NCBI GenBank assembly: GCA_016209985.1
Contig: JACQVB010000115.1
Location: 7,210-71,209, forward strand
Direction: 5' to 3'
DNA: 64,000 nt
Source: Gemmatimonadota bacterium
GTDB lineage: Bacteria > Gemmatimonadota > Gemmatimonadetes > Gemmatimonadales > GWC2-71-9
The notes under the pieces are model-generated. The model made no database searches, was not told the origin of the DNA, and saw only the letters and a program-made list of their open reading frames with translations. Numbering within the stretch: position 1 is the first letter of the stretch; each line of letters opens with the position of its first letter. The position numbers were made by a program, and so were the translations under genes. Positions 8,570 through 18,404 of this stretch are shown here, piece after piece.

Positions 8570-11500
8570 ATGGCGATCCGGCGGATAGCGCTTTGTTTCA
8601 CTCTGGGCGGGCTGGCCTTCCTGGTGCTCACCATTCCCGCTCTCTCGCAGACGGGCCCGATCGTGGGTAGCGTCGTAGACTCCCGTTCACAGCCGGTGGC
8701 GAACGCTCGTGTTGCGGTCGAGGGTGCAGGTCTGCAAACGCAGACCAACGCCAGCGGCCAGTTTCGGCTCGGTGAGGTTCAGGGACCCGAAGTCACGCTT
8801 CGCGTGACAAGAATCGGATACACGCCGCTTTTGGAGAAGGTTCTAGTGGGACGAGCCGATCTCCGCTTGGTTCTGGCCGACGCCGCGATTCAGCTCAACG
8901 CCATTGTGGTTACCGGTACGGCCGGAGCGGTTGAGCGACGAACCGTGGGGAACGCGATCTCGACGGTGAACGTAGCCGACTTGGTCAGACTAGCCTCTGC
9001 GCCTGACATCACCAGGCTGATTAATGGCCGTGCTACCGGCGTCACCGTCGTGCCCGGAACCGGTGTAGTGGGGGCCGGGCCACGGGTGAATATCCGCGGC
9101 CAGAAGAGCCTGTCGCTCAGCGATCAGCCGTTGGTCTATGTAGACGGAGTGCGGGTCAATAACGACATATCCGCGGGGCCCAAGACACAGGGATTCGGCT
9201 CCGGCGTGATCTCCCGCCTGGGTGATTTCGCTCCCGAGGATATCGAAAGTATTGAAATCATCAAAGGACCGGCTGCCGCGACGCTTTATGGAACTGAGGC
9301 GTCGAATGGCGTGATTCAAATCATCACCAAGCGAGGGCAGGTAAGTCGCCCCACCCTGGATCTCGCCGTGCGACAGGGTACGACGTGGTTCATGAATCCC
9401 CAGGGTCGCATTCCGCACAATTTCGGGATCAATCCCGCCGATGGCAGCCTCATCGAATTGGACTATGTCAAGCAGGAAAGCGATCGCGGCACGCCCATTT
9501 TCACCAATGGGTACCTATCGGGATACAACGGCAACTTGAGTGGAGGTACTGAGCTCGCACGATACAATTTCAATGCCGGCTATGACCGTGATAACGGCAT
9601 CGAGTGGACCAACCGGGTAAGACGCTTTACCGGGCGCGCCAATGTCCAGGCCACCCCATCGAAGAATCTCGATCTCAGCGCGAATCTGGGAACTGTTCGA
9701 TCAGATATCTACCTCGCCAATGACATCGGCAATGGGGCGCTTTTCAACACGCTTTACGGGTTCCCGTCCACGAGGGACACGTTTCGAAGAGGGTTCTTCC
9801 GTGCTCCTCCTGATGTGCTGAGGCGAACGATCGAACAGGCCCAGTTTTTGAATCGCTTCACCGGCAGCTTCCAGATCAACTATCGCGCGACGCCATGGTT
9901 GAGCCAGCGACTCGTGGCGGGGCTGGATCAAACTAACGAACGAAACCAGGATTTCAGGCCGCACCTTTCGCCCGACGATGCAAAGTTCTACTCGCCAACG
10001 GCGGCGCTCGGAAGCCGGACGGTTCAGTTTCAAGGGACTACCTACCATTCCATTGACTACGGTGCGACTGCGAACCTCAAGCTCTCTGGCCGCCTTACCT
10101 CTGCTACTTCGGTCGGCGCTCAGCTCTATCGCAGGCGAACAGAATCCGCCACGGCCATCGGGCAACAGTTTCCTGCATCAGGGCTAAGCGCTGTTTCGGC
10201 GGCGGCGGTCACGTTCGGCAGCGAAGATTTTGTTACGAATACGACTGTCGGCACATACGTCCAGGAGCAGTTCGGGCTTAACGGGCGAGTCTATCTGACT
10301 GGAGCCGTTCGCTTCGACGAAAACAGCGCTTTCGGGAAGAATCGCCATTTGGCCAGGTACCCGAAATTCAGCGGCACGTGGGTAATCAGTGAAGAACCAT
10401 TCTGGCCGCTTTCGTTCGTCAACACGCTCAAGTTGCGCGGTGCTTACGGCCAGTCGGGAATACAGCCCGACGCGTTTGCCGCCCTTCGCACCTTCCAGGC
10501 GGTGTCAGCTGGCGGCGGGGCCGCTGTGAGTCCTCAATTCATTGGCAATCCAGATCTGGGTCCCGAACGCAGCACCGAGTGGGAAGGCGGATTCGAGACG
10601 GCCCTTCTGAATGAGCGACTCACACTCGACGTCACCGGCTACTACACCAAAACTACCGATGCCATCTTGTTGCGCAATCAAGCTCCTTCCCTGGGATTCC
10701 CGGGAGCTCAGTTCGTCAACATTGGTGCCCTGCGGAATCAGGGATTCGAAATACAACTCAATACCACCATTCTGAACACGTCCGACGTAACCTGGAACCT
10801 TGGCTTTAACATCTCGCAAAACGACAACAAGATCCTGGACTTGGGTGGCCTGGGGACTACCGTCGCCCTGGGAGGCGGGGGCACCACGCAGGCCATCGTG
10901 GTACCAAGCCTGGTGGACAATCCGGGCATCGTGTTGCGACATCAGGTTGGGCTTCCGGCTGGTTCCTGGTTCGGGAAGAAGATCATAAGTGCCACACTAG
11001 ATGCGAACGGCATAGCGCAAAATATCAAGTGCGACGGTGGTCTTCCCAATAGCAGCATGCCTGGTGGGCCAGCGGTCGATTGTGATGTTGCACCGCAGCT
11101 CTATCTGGGGCGGTCCGACCCGAGGCGGCAAGGAGCGGCCAACGCGAAAGTCACGCTCTTTAAGCGACTGACACTCTATGGTCAAGTGGATTTCAAACTG
11201 GATGTCAGGCACGCCGATAACGACACCAACATTCGCTGTTCGCTCTTCTTCGTGTGCGAAGCCAACTTCAGACCGGAGAAGTACGACCCGGCATTGATCG
11301 CGGAATACCAGAGCGGCTTTATCGGCTCGTTCGTTGCTGCCAACGCGGCCTTTGCCAAGTTGCGGGAGGTGTCGGCCAGCCTGGTCCTCCCGACTTCCTG
11401 GGCCCATCGCATCGGAGCCCGGAGCGCGAGCATCTCGGTCGCGGGTCGGAACCTCCACACCTGGACCAGCTTCACCAGCTTGGACCCGGAGACACTGTGG

Positions 11501-11599
11501 ATCGGCGCCGGAGCGTCGCGCTTCACCTTTGACAAGACGGTTCAAGCATTCGTCCCGCAGCTGGCATCCGTCACAGCCACCATGAATTTGCGCTTCTAG
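8570..11599 (+). CDS. SusC/RagA-type TonB-dependent transporter, copy 2 (divergent lineage)
   Basis: ORF 8465..11599, with the start moved to ATG 8570 (GGAAGGGAG 7 nt upstream). The signal is MAIRRIALCFTLGGLAFLVLTIPALSQ. It has a CarboxypepD_reg-like N-domain (GSVVDSRSQPVANARVAVEG...), a plug (IESIEIIKGPAAATLYGTEASNGVIQIITKRG) and a barrel ending ATMNLRF. Confidence 0.9.
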   Translation: MAIRRIALCFTLGGLAFLVLTIPALSQTGPIVGSVVDSRSQPVANARVAVEGAGLQTQTNASGQFRLGEVQGPEVTLRVTRIGYTPLLEKVLVGRADLRLVLADAAIQLNAIVVTGTAGAVERRTVGNAISTVNVADLVRLASAPDITRLINGRATGVTVVPGTGVVGAGPRVNIRGQKSLSLSDQPLVYVDGVRVNNDISAGPKTQGFGSGVISRLGDFAPEDIESIEIIKGPAAATLYGTEASNGVIQIITKRGQVSRPTLDLAVRQGTTWFMNPQGRIPHNFGINPADGSLIELDYVKQESDRGTPIFTNGYLSGYNGNLSGGTELARYNFNAGYDRDNGIEWTNRVRRFTGRANVQATPSKNLDLSANLGTVRSDIYLANDIGNGALFNTLYGFPSTRDTFRRGFFRAPPDVLRRTIEQAQFLNRFTGSFQINYRATPWLSQRLVAGLDQTNERNQDFRPHLSPDDAKFYSPTAALGSRTVQFQGTTYHSIDYGATANLKLSGRLTSATSVGAQLYRRRTESATAIGQQFPASGLSAVSAAAVTFGSEDFVTNTTVGTYVQEQFGLNGRVYLTGAVRFDENSAFGKNRHLARYPKFSGTWVISEEPFWPLSFVNTLKLRGAYGQSGIQPDAFAALRTFQAVSAGGGAAVSPQFIGNPDLGPERSTEWEGGFETALLNERLTLDVTGYYTKTTDAILLRNQAPSLGFPGAQFVNIGALRNQGFEIQLNTTILNTSDVTWNLGFNISQNDNKILDLGGLGTTVALGGGGTTQAIVVPSLVDNPGIVLRHQVGLPAGSWFGKKIISATLDANGIAQNIKCDGGLPNSSMPGGPAVDCDVAPQLYLGRSDPRRQGAANAKVTLFKRLTLYGQVDFKLDVRHADNDTNIRCSLFFVCEANFRPEKYDPALIAEYQSGFIGSFVAANAAFAKLREVSASLVLPTSWAHRIGARSASISVAGRNLHTWTSFTSLDPETLWIGAGASRFTFDKTVQAFVPQLASVTATMNLRF

Positions 11600-11625
11600 C
11601 CACCGCGCGTGTGCGAGGGGGAAAC

Positions 11626-12918
11626 ATGAAACACGGACGGCCATTGGAAATTCCGGCGCGGCTCGTCAGAACAGCAGGCACCTGCGTGGGGGTGATCGGA
11701 CTGGCCGCGACCACAGGGTGCATCAACGACCTTCTCAACGTCGAGACGCCGACCAGTGTACTTGCCGACAGTCTGACCGGGCCGGCTAGTGTGCCACTAC
11801 TCGTGGCGGGTGCCGTAGCCGATTTCGAGTGCGCCCTGGGTGCCCATATCTACGTGACCGGCCTGCTGACCGACGAGCTCATGGATACGCAATTGCAGGG
11901 GGCCGAGTCCTTCAACTACGATCGCCGGACCGTGTCCCCGGCAGGCAAGGAGTACGCGACCCAGCCCTGCGACTTCTTCGGCGGGATCTATCAACCGATC
12001 AGCACCGCGCGGTGGTCTGCAGACAATGCCCTCAAGCAGCTGGATGCCTACTCGGATGCCGAGATTACCGGCCGCACGGCCCTGATTGCCAAGGCGGCTG
12101 CCTATTCGGCGTACAGCCTCGTGCTGCTGGGCGAGGCGTTTTGCACCGCCGCGATCGATGCCGGCCCCGAGCTAACGTCCGCCCAAGTGCTCGCCCTGGC
12201 CGAGACAAAATTCACCCGCGCCATCGACGCGGCCACAACCGCAGGTACCACCGACATCCGGAACATGGCGTTGGTAGGACGGGCGCGCGCGCGGCGCGAC
12301 CTCAAGAAGACGGCCGAGGCGGTGCAAGATGCTCAGTCGGTACCCGCTGGGTTCGTCAAGAATGCGACGTACTCGGCTGCGGCAAGTCGCGCCTTCAATC
12401 GAGTCTATCAGATGAATGTACGCGACCTGAGAGTGTCGATTGACGCCCCGTTCCGTGGCGTCACCTACCAGGGCACACCTGATCCGCGGGTGCCGGTTGT
12501 CAACAGTGGAGTCCAGTCCGGAGATGGCGGTCAGTATACCGTCTGGATCACCACCAAATACAAGTCGCTGAGCGATCCAATTCCCATTGCCCGGTGGGCA
12601 GAAGTCCAGCTGATCATTGCCGAAGCTCTGGGAGGCCAAACTGCGGTGAACATCATTAACGCGCTGCACGCGGCCGCCGGACTGCCCAGCTTCAGCAGCA
12701 GCGATCCAGTAGAGATTGCCAATCAAGTGCTTGAGGAGCGGAGAAGAGAGCTGTTCCTCGAGGGACAGCATCTGTTCGATACCATCCTCTACAATTTGCC
12801 ACTGATACCGCCTCCCGGCACCTCGTATGGTTTCAAGGGAGGATCGTACGGGTCCACGAGGTGCATGCCTTTGCCGGATGCCGAGAGGGATAACAACCCC
12901 ACGCTCAGCGGTCGATAG
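11626..12918 (+). CDS. SusD/RagB-family lipoprotein, copy 2
   Basis: ORF 11611..12918. ATG 11626 is preferred (GAGGGGG upstream). The Cys signal is ...VIGLAATTGC. It lies directly downstream of SusC copy 2, with SusD-like C-terminal helices (LEERRRELFLEGQHLFD). Confidence 0.8.
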   Translation: MKHGRPLEIPARLVRTAGTCVGVIGLAATTGCINDLLNVETPTSVLADSLTGPASVPLLVAGAVADFECALGAHIYVTGLLTDELMDTQLQGAESFNYDRRTVSPAGKEYATQPCDFFGGIYQPISTARWSADNALKQLDAYSDAEITGRTALIAKAAAYSAYSLVLLGEAFCTAAIDAGPELTSAQVLALAETKFTRAIDAATTAGTTDIRNMALVGRARARRDLKKTAEAVQDAQSVPAGFVKNATYSAAASRAFNRVYQMNVRDLRVSIDAPFRGVTYQGTPDPRVPVVNSGVQSGDGGQYTVWITTKYKSLSDPIPIARWAEVQLIIAEALGGQTAVNIINALHAAAGLPSFSSSDPVEIANQVLEERRRELFLEGQHLFDTILYNLPLIPPPGTSYGFKGGSYGSTRCMPLPDAERDNNPTLSGR

Positions 12919-13007
12919 TCCGCAAAGGCACTCGGTGCGGCGGGTGCCAGACGCAGCCGGAAAGGTGAGAAGTGAAAAACGGGGTTTCCAAAGGGAGTGA
13001 TGACTCC

Positions 13008-14447
13008 ATGCGAAAGACACTGATTTCCGCCGGAGCGCTTTGCCTGTACGCTGCGAGTTTGCTGGCTCAGGCGGCATCTACCTTGTCACCCAGGGTGCGG
13101 GAGTACGTCAGCGTCGATGCGCCCGTGGTCGCCCTCACCCATACCCGGGTGATGGACGGCACGGGTGGGCCCCTACTTGCCGACCAGACCATCGTAATCG
13201 CCAATGGCCGCATTCAGTCAGTCGGCGGTTCTGGTACCGTCCAAGTCCCGGCGGGAGCGAGGGCACTGGACCTCTCGGGGCACACCGTGATTCCAGGGAT
13301 GGTCGGTTTGCACGACCACATCGTCTACGAGACCAACAATCGCATCGTTAACCTGAACTTCAGCGCTCCCCGGTTGTACCTCGCGAGCGGGGTTACCACC
13401 ATCCGGACCACGGGGGCTCTGGAGCCGTATTCGGAATTGAGCCTGAAGCACGAAATCGAACGAGGGCGGATTCCCGGCCCGCGAATGCACCTCACCGGTC
13501 CCCATATCTCGGATGGTGAACCGTTCGATCTAGGCCTTCCGGGGAACACGGTACTCTGGTTCCGCTTCGTAAAGACTCCGGAGGAGGCCCGCCGTGTCGT
13601 GGCCTACTGGGCCGAGGAGGGCGCCGATTGGATCAAGCTGTACACGAGAATCACCCGGGCGGAGGCAGCGGCGGTCGTCGATGAGGCACATAAACGCGGA
13701 GTTAAGGTGACCGGCCACCTTTGCTCGGTCAGCTTTCGCGAGGCCGCTGCGCTGGGAATGGACAACGTAGACCACGGGTTCCTGGTGAATACAGACTACG
13801 ACCCGTTGAAGCAACCAGATCAGTGCCCCCCCGATTTCCGTCAGCGGCTGCTCGGCGTTGACCTCAACTCCGACGAGGTCCGGGCGACGTTCCGGGACCT
13901 AGTGGCCAAGCACGTCGCGATGACATCGACACTCGCGGTGTTCGAGCCGTCGGTTCCCAATCGTCCGCCGATGGATCAGCGGGTGCTGGACGCCTTAGAC
14001 CCCGAGGTTCGAGCGGAGTTCCTCGGGGTCCGAAACCAGCGAGCAATGAGCAGGGATACGACCGCGCTCCTTCTCTTTCGGAAAGCGCAACAGTACGAGG
14101 TCGCCTTTGTAAAGGCTGGGGGCCTGCTGGCGGCTGGGATGGACCCGAACAACGGCAATCTCCCGGGCTTCGGCGACCAGCGCAACTACGAATTGTACAT
14201 CGAAGCTGGATTCACTCCGGCCCAGGCGGTGCAGATCCTGAGCGCCAATGGGGCCAAGGTGCTTGGTGTATCTGATTCGCTTGGCACGGTGGCGGCTGGC
14301 AAGCTGGCCGATCTGGTAGTAATCCGAGGAGACCCGGCGAGCAATCCGGCGGACATCCGGAACGTAACGATCGTATTCAAGGACGGGGTGGGGTACGACT
14401 CAGCGAAGTTAATCGAATCGGTCCGCGGATTAGTCGGCGTACGTTGA
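13008..14447 (+). CDS. Secreted amidohydrolase-superfamily metallohydrolase A (COG1228-like)
   Basis: ORF 12972..14447, with the start at ATG 13008 (AAGGGAG upstream). The signal is MRKTLISAGALCLYAASLLAQA. It has the HxH metal motif (GLHDHIVYE). It is a paralog of 18405..19835. Confidence 0.85.
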   Translation: MRKTLISAGALCLYAASLLAQAASTLSPRVREYVSVDAPVVALTHTRVMDGTGGPLLADQTIVIANGRIQSVGGSGTVQVPAGARALDLSGHTVIPGMVGLHDHIVYETNNRIVNLNFSAPRLYLASGVTTIRTTGALEPYSELSLKHEIERGRIPGPRMHLTGPHISDGEPFDLGLPGNTVLWFRFVKTPEEARRVVAYWAEEGADWIKLYTRITRAEAAAVVDEAHKRGVKVTGHLCSVSFREAAALGMDNVDHGFLVNTDYDPLKQPDQCPPDFRQRLLGVDLNSDEVRATFRDLVAKHVAMTSTLAVFEPSVPNRPPMDQRVLDALDPEVRAEFLGVRNQRAMSRDTTALLLFRKAQQYEVAFVKAGGLLAAGMDPNNGNLPGFGDQRNYELYIEAGFTPAQAVQILSANGAKVLGVSDSLGTVAAGKLADLVVIRGDPASNPADIRNVTIVFKDGVGYDSAKLIESVRGLVGVR

Positions 14448-14532
14448 AGATCCCCTGATATCGCATGGGTGATCGGCCGACCAGCGTCACTGATTCGTGG
14501 TCGTGCGCGAGGTCTCAGTCTAGGAGCACCGC

Positions 14533-15501
14533 ATAAAACTCCAGATTCTTACCGCGGAAGATGTGCGCGCAGCTATTGACATGCGGGAAGCAATCGCTGC
14601 GATGGGTGAGGCATTCGGCCAGCTATCTGCGGGGCTGGCCCGGGTACCGGTGCGCTTGCGGCTGGAGGCGGCGGCCGGGGTTACGCTGTTCATGCCTGCG
14701 TATCTGGGACGCACTCAGGATCTCGGCGCCAAGATCGTTTCGTTTTACGGCGACAATCCTCGGCGGGGGTTGCCGGCGATCAGTGCCGTGGTGCTGGTAT
14801 TCGATAGTGAGACTGGAATGCCAAAGGCCCTGATGGATGCCGGGTACCTGACGGCGCTGCGGACGGGAGCTGCTTCCGGCCTGGCCACGGAACTGCTGGC
14901 GCGGCGGGATGCAACCGTGCTGACCATATTCGGCGCGGGTGCTCAAGCGCCGCTACAGATAGACGCCATTCGTTGCGTTCGGCCAATCCGAGAGGTCCGT
15001 GTGGTATCACGCCGGCGGGAGTCGGCCCAGCGTCTCGCGGACCAAATCCAGGGAGTCGAGGTGCGGGTCTTCGAGGACCGTTCGGCTGCCGTTGCGGGCG
15101 CCCACATCATTATCGCCGCCACTACCAGCACAACTCCTGTATTCGATGGTCACGACGTTGAGCCTGGGACGCATATCAACGGGATTGGCTCTTATACCCC
15201 AGAGATGCAAGAGGTGGACGCCACGGTCGTTCAGCGTGCCAAGATCGTCGTCGATTCGCGCGAGGCCGCACTCGCCGAAGCAGGGGACCTGATCATTCCC
15301 TTGCGTCAGAAGACGATCCGGCAGGACCAGGTATACGCCGAACTGGGAGAGATTGTGAATGGCACAAAACCCGGCCGGACGTCGGACACCGAAATCACGT
15401 TTTTTAAGTCGGTCGGCGTCGCGGTGCAGGATGTCGCGGTGGCGCGACGCGTACTTCGCGCGGCGGAGTCGCAGGCACACCTGGCAGTGGTCGATCTCTG
15501 A
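14533..15501 (+). CDS. Ornithine cyclodeaminase / mu-crystallin family protein (start proposed at ATA 14533)
   Basis: The tool ORF starts at GTG 14563, but the frame is open from TAG 14521. AGGAG (14522-14526) sits 6 nt before ATA 14533, giving [17 protein letters not shown]..., a typical family N-terminus. The Rossmann motif IFGAGAQA is present. Confidence 0.8.
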   Translation: MKLQILTAEDVRAAIDMREAIAAMGEAFGQLSAGLARVPVRLRLEAAAGVTLFMPAYLGRTQDLGAKIVSFYGDNPRRGLPAISAVVLVFDSETGMPKALMDAGYLTALRTGAASGLATELLARRDATVLTIFGAGAQAPLQIDAIRCVRPIREVRVVSRRRESAQRLADQIQGVEVRVFEDRSAAVAGAHIIIAATTSTTPVFDGHDVEPGTHINGIGSYTPEMQEVDATVVQRAKIVVDSREAALAEAGDLIIPLRQKTIRQDQVYAELGEIVNGTKPGRTSDTEITFFKSVGVAVQDVAVARRVLRAAESQAHLAVVDL

Positions 15502-15555
15502 GACGCTGGATCGGCTGCGAATGATCGAAACGCGGGCAGGTGGTTGGGGTCAGGC

Positions 15556-16746
15556 ATGAAGATCACCGAACTCAAAACCACGATCGTCTGCGTGCCCTTC
15601 TGCAAGCTCTATCCGTGGCGCCTGGGAGTGGCGCACGGGATTACGGTCGTGCTCGTGGAACTTGCCACCGATGTCGGGCTGGTGGGCATCGGGGAATCCC
15701 CCTGCTTCTTTCCGCCTGCTGAGGCGACGAAGGGGATCCTGGATGCAGCCGCTCCATTGTTGGCAGGCGAAGACCCCTTTGACCACGAGCGCATTTACCG
15801 GCGAATCCTGGTGCAGAACGGTCTCTACTATGACCGGGTTTTCGCTGGCCTGGCTCTCTCAGGACTGGATTTGGCTCTCTGGGATCTGATGGGCAAAGCC
15901 ACCGGACAGCCGCTCTACAAGCTCATTGGGGGGCGAGTGCACCAGGTAGCTCGCTTCATCTCCATCGTACCGCTCGCGGAGCCTTCGCTCATGGCCGACA
16001 CAGCTCGCGAGGTGGTTGCCGCCGGCTGCAAAACCGTATACCTGAAATACGACGGTGACGATAGGGCACTCGTGGCCCGGTTGAAGGCGGTCCGCCAGGC
16101 AGTCGGACCAGATGTGAAGATCAGAGTGGACTTCAACCAAGGATTGTCAGCAGGCTACGCCGTCAAGTTTCTGCGATCACTGGAACTCCTAGATCTCGAA
16201 GCGGTGGAGCAGCCCTGCGGGGAAGATGACCTTGATGGAATGCGCTATGTCCGACAGTCAATCGGTACGCCGGTTATTTCGGATGAGAGTTCCAAGACAC
16301 TTCACCGAGCCTACGCCACGATCAAGGCTGAAGCGGCTGATGTCATTCAGGTGGAACCGTACTCCAGCGACGGGATTTGGGGCGCCCGGAAAGTGTGTGG
16401 GATGGCGGAGGCCGGTGGATTGCCGGTGGTCTTCCACTCGGTGGGCGAACTCGGTCTGAATCAAATGAAGTTGGTCCATCTTGCCGTCTCGACACCCAAC
16501 GCCACGCTCGATCACCAGACGCTATACGACTATAACAGCGACGATGTCATCCAGGGCGGGCTTATGCCGTTCGATGAGTGGACGATGAGTCCGCCAGATC
16601 GGCCTGGCCTAGGGGTGGAGCTGGATGTGGATCGGGTTCGTGAGTACGCCGCGTGCTACCGTGAAGGCGGCGGGCTGTACGTGACGGGCCGGACGAGTGG
16701 AACTCGGATTCGGCGTGCGGTTGGACCCGCGAAGATAGTGGCCTGA
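15556..16746 (+). CDS. Enolase-superfamily enzyme (mandelate racemase / muconate lactonizing enzyme subgroup)
   Basis: ORF 15544..16746, with ATG 15556 ([15 protein letters not shown]). It shows the metal-ligand pattern RVDFNQ ... VEQP ... ISDES typical of MR/MLE members. Confidence 0.85.
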   Translation: MKITELKTTIVCVPFCKLYPWRLGVAHGITVVLVELATDVGLVGIGESPCFFPPAEATKGILDAAAPLLAGEDPFDHERIYRRILVQNGLYYDRVFAGLALSGLDLALWDLMGKATGQPLYKLIGGRVHQVARFISIVPLAEPSLMADTAREVVAAGCKTVYLKYDGDDRALVARLKAVRQAVGPDVKIRVDFNQGLSAGYAVKFLRSLELLDLEAVEQPCGEDDLDGMRYVRQSIGTPVISDESSKTLHRAYATIKAEAADVIQVEPYSSDGIWGARKVCGMAEAGGLPVVFHSVGELGLNQMKLVHLAVSTPNATLDHQTLYDYNSDDVIQGGLMPFDEWTMSPPDRPGLGVELDVDRVREYAACYREGGGLYVTGRTSGTRIRRAVGPAKIVA

Positions 16747-16751
16747 TCCAC

Positions 16752-18176
16752 TTGCTCATCGCTACGATCGTTGCCTACCTCGGAGCCTGCATCGCCGTAG
16801 GCGTCTATTACGCCAACAAGATGCAGAGCGTGGAGGATTGGGCGGTGGCCGGACGCCGCCTCCCCTGGCTGATCGTGCTCGGTACGACCGCCGCGACGTT
16901 GATCGGCGGCGGGGCGACGGTCGGATCCATCGCCACCGGGTACACCGTGGGACTGGCCATCGCGATCGTGACGACGGGGTGGCATCTCCAAACCATCTTC
17001 GCGGGTCTGTTTATCGCGCCACATTTTCGCCGACTGCCATTCTACACGGTGGCGGATTTCTTCGGATATCGATATGGAGAGTTCGCCCGGATCCTGGTCA
17101 GCTGTCTGTCGCTCGCTTTTTGCATCGGCGTCTTGGGCGCGCAGATCGTCGCCATGGGCCGGATAGCCGAACCGATACTGGGCATGCCGTTCATTTGGGC
17201 CGCGATAGTGGGGGCCGGTGTCGTCACGCTCTACTCGTTCTTGGGCGGTTATTGGGCCGTGACGCAGACCGATATGCTGCAATTCGTCATTCTGGTATTT
17301 GGTTTTCTCACGGCTGCGCTCCTCGGTCTTAAGGCCGTCGGTGGTTATGAAGGTCTTGCCGCCGAGCTGCCGGCCGGGCATTTGCGCCTGTTTGGCCACT
17401 GGACGCCGCAAAAAGTTCTGGGTGTGTGGTTGGCCATGCTGCTGGGCGAGACTTTTTCGCCGATCTACGTGCAGCGGTACTACTCGGCTCAGGATGATCG
17501 CCAAGCACGGTGGGGTACATTAGGCGCCGGCTTGTTCATGCTTTTCTTCCTCCCAATAACGGTGGTAACGCTCGGGATGGTGGCGCGCGTGACATTTCCC
17601 AATATCACGGCGCCCGACCAGGCCTGGGCCCTACTGGTCACCCGGCTGTTTCCCCCCGCGCTGACCGGACTCTTCATTGCGGCCGCCCTGGCGGCGGTCA
17701 TGTCGTCAGCGTCATCCGTACTGGGCAGCGCGGCCACAATTGTGGTACGAGACTTCTATCAGAAACTGGTGCGACCCGGGGGGAAACAGCACCGGCTCGT
17801 GAGGGTGGCGCGCGGCGCTACCCTGATAGTCGCTGCCGTTGCCACCGTCGTCGCGCTGCTCGTTCCGAACGTGCTGAACTTACTTCTCTACTCATACAAT
17901 CTCTGGGCACCGGCGATCGTGTTACCGGTACTGATCGGTGTGCTCTGGTACCGGAGAGAGACGATCTACCCGGTAGTCACGTCCATGCTAGTCGGACTGG
18001 TAACAGCCGTCACGTGGCTAAGCATGCACGAGCCACTCGATTTGCAGGCTTCGGTGGCTGGTTTCCTTGCGGCGCTGGTCACTTTTGTCCTGAGCCGGCA
18101 TCTGCTTGGCCGATTGGCGTTGAGGAAGAATTTCCGACCACATGAACTCGACCCCGTAGCTGCGGTGGAGGGATAG
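16752..18176 (+). CDS. Sodium:solute symporter family (SSF) transporter
   Basis: 474-aa polytopic ORF with a TTG start. The N-terminal pattern is IVAYLGACIAVGVYYANKMQSVEDWAVAGRRLPW...GGGATVG, characteristic of SSF/PutP-PanF-like carriers. Confidence 0.85.
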   Translation: MLIATIVAYLGACIAVGVYYANKMQSVEDWAVAGRRLPWLIVLGTTAATLIGGGATVGSIATGYTVGLAIAIVTTGWHLQTIFAGLFIAPHFRRLPFYTVADFFGYRYGEFARILVSCLSLAFCIGVLGAQIVAMGRIAEPILGMPFIWAAIVGAGVVTLYSFLGGYWAVTQTDMLQFVILVFGFLTAALLGLKAVGGYEGLAAELPAGHLRLFGHWTPQKVLGVWLAMLLGETFSPIYVQRYYSAQDDRQARWGTLGAGLFMLFFLPITVVTLGMVARVTFPNITAPDQAWALLVTRLFPPALTGLFIAAALAAVMSSASSVLGSAATIVVRDFYQKLVRPGGKQHRLVRVARGATLIVAAVATVVALLVPNVLNLLLYSYNLWAPAIVLPVLIGVLWYRRETIYPVVTSMLVGLVTAVTWLSMHEPLDLQASVAGFLAALVTFVLSRHLLGRLALRKNFRPHELDPVAAVEG

Positions 18177-18179
18177 CCG

Positions 18180-18293
18180 GTGTTCTGGTGGAACGTAGCG
18201 ATGACTGTGGCCTCCGTCCTCGGGTACGGGGTCGTCATCGTGACAACCCTCTACTACCTCAGCCCGCTGAGACGACGAGCGTCCGGGAAGTAG
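18180..18293 (+). CDS. Possible 37-aa single-pass membrane peptide coupled to the symporter
   Basis: GTG 18180 lies 3 nt after the symporter stop. The product is VFWWNVAMTVASVLGYGVVIVTTLYYLSPLRRRASGK*, one hydrophobic helix plus a basic tail. It is below the ORF-track size cutoff. Small subunits accompany some SSF carriers. Confidence 0.35.
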   Translation: MFWWNVAMTVASVLGYGVVIVTTLYYLSPLRRRASGK

Positions 18294-18404
18294 CCGCAGT
18301 CTTGGGCGCTCCGGCGGACGAAGGGGGCATTGAGCTCAAAGGGTGCGTCAACCAGTCAGCCACGGCAGCAACTGATGGCCAGTACTTCGAAAGGAGATTC
18401 CACG

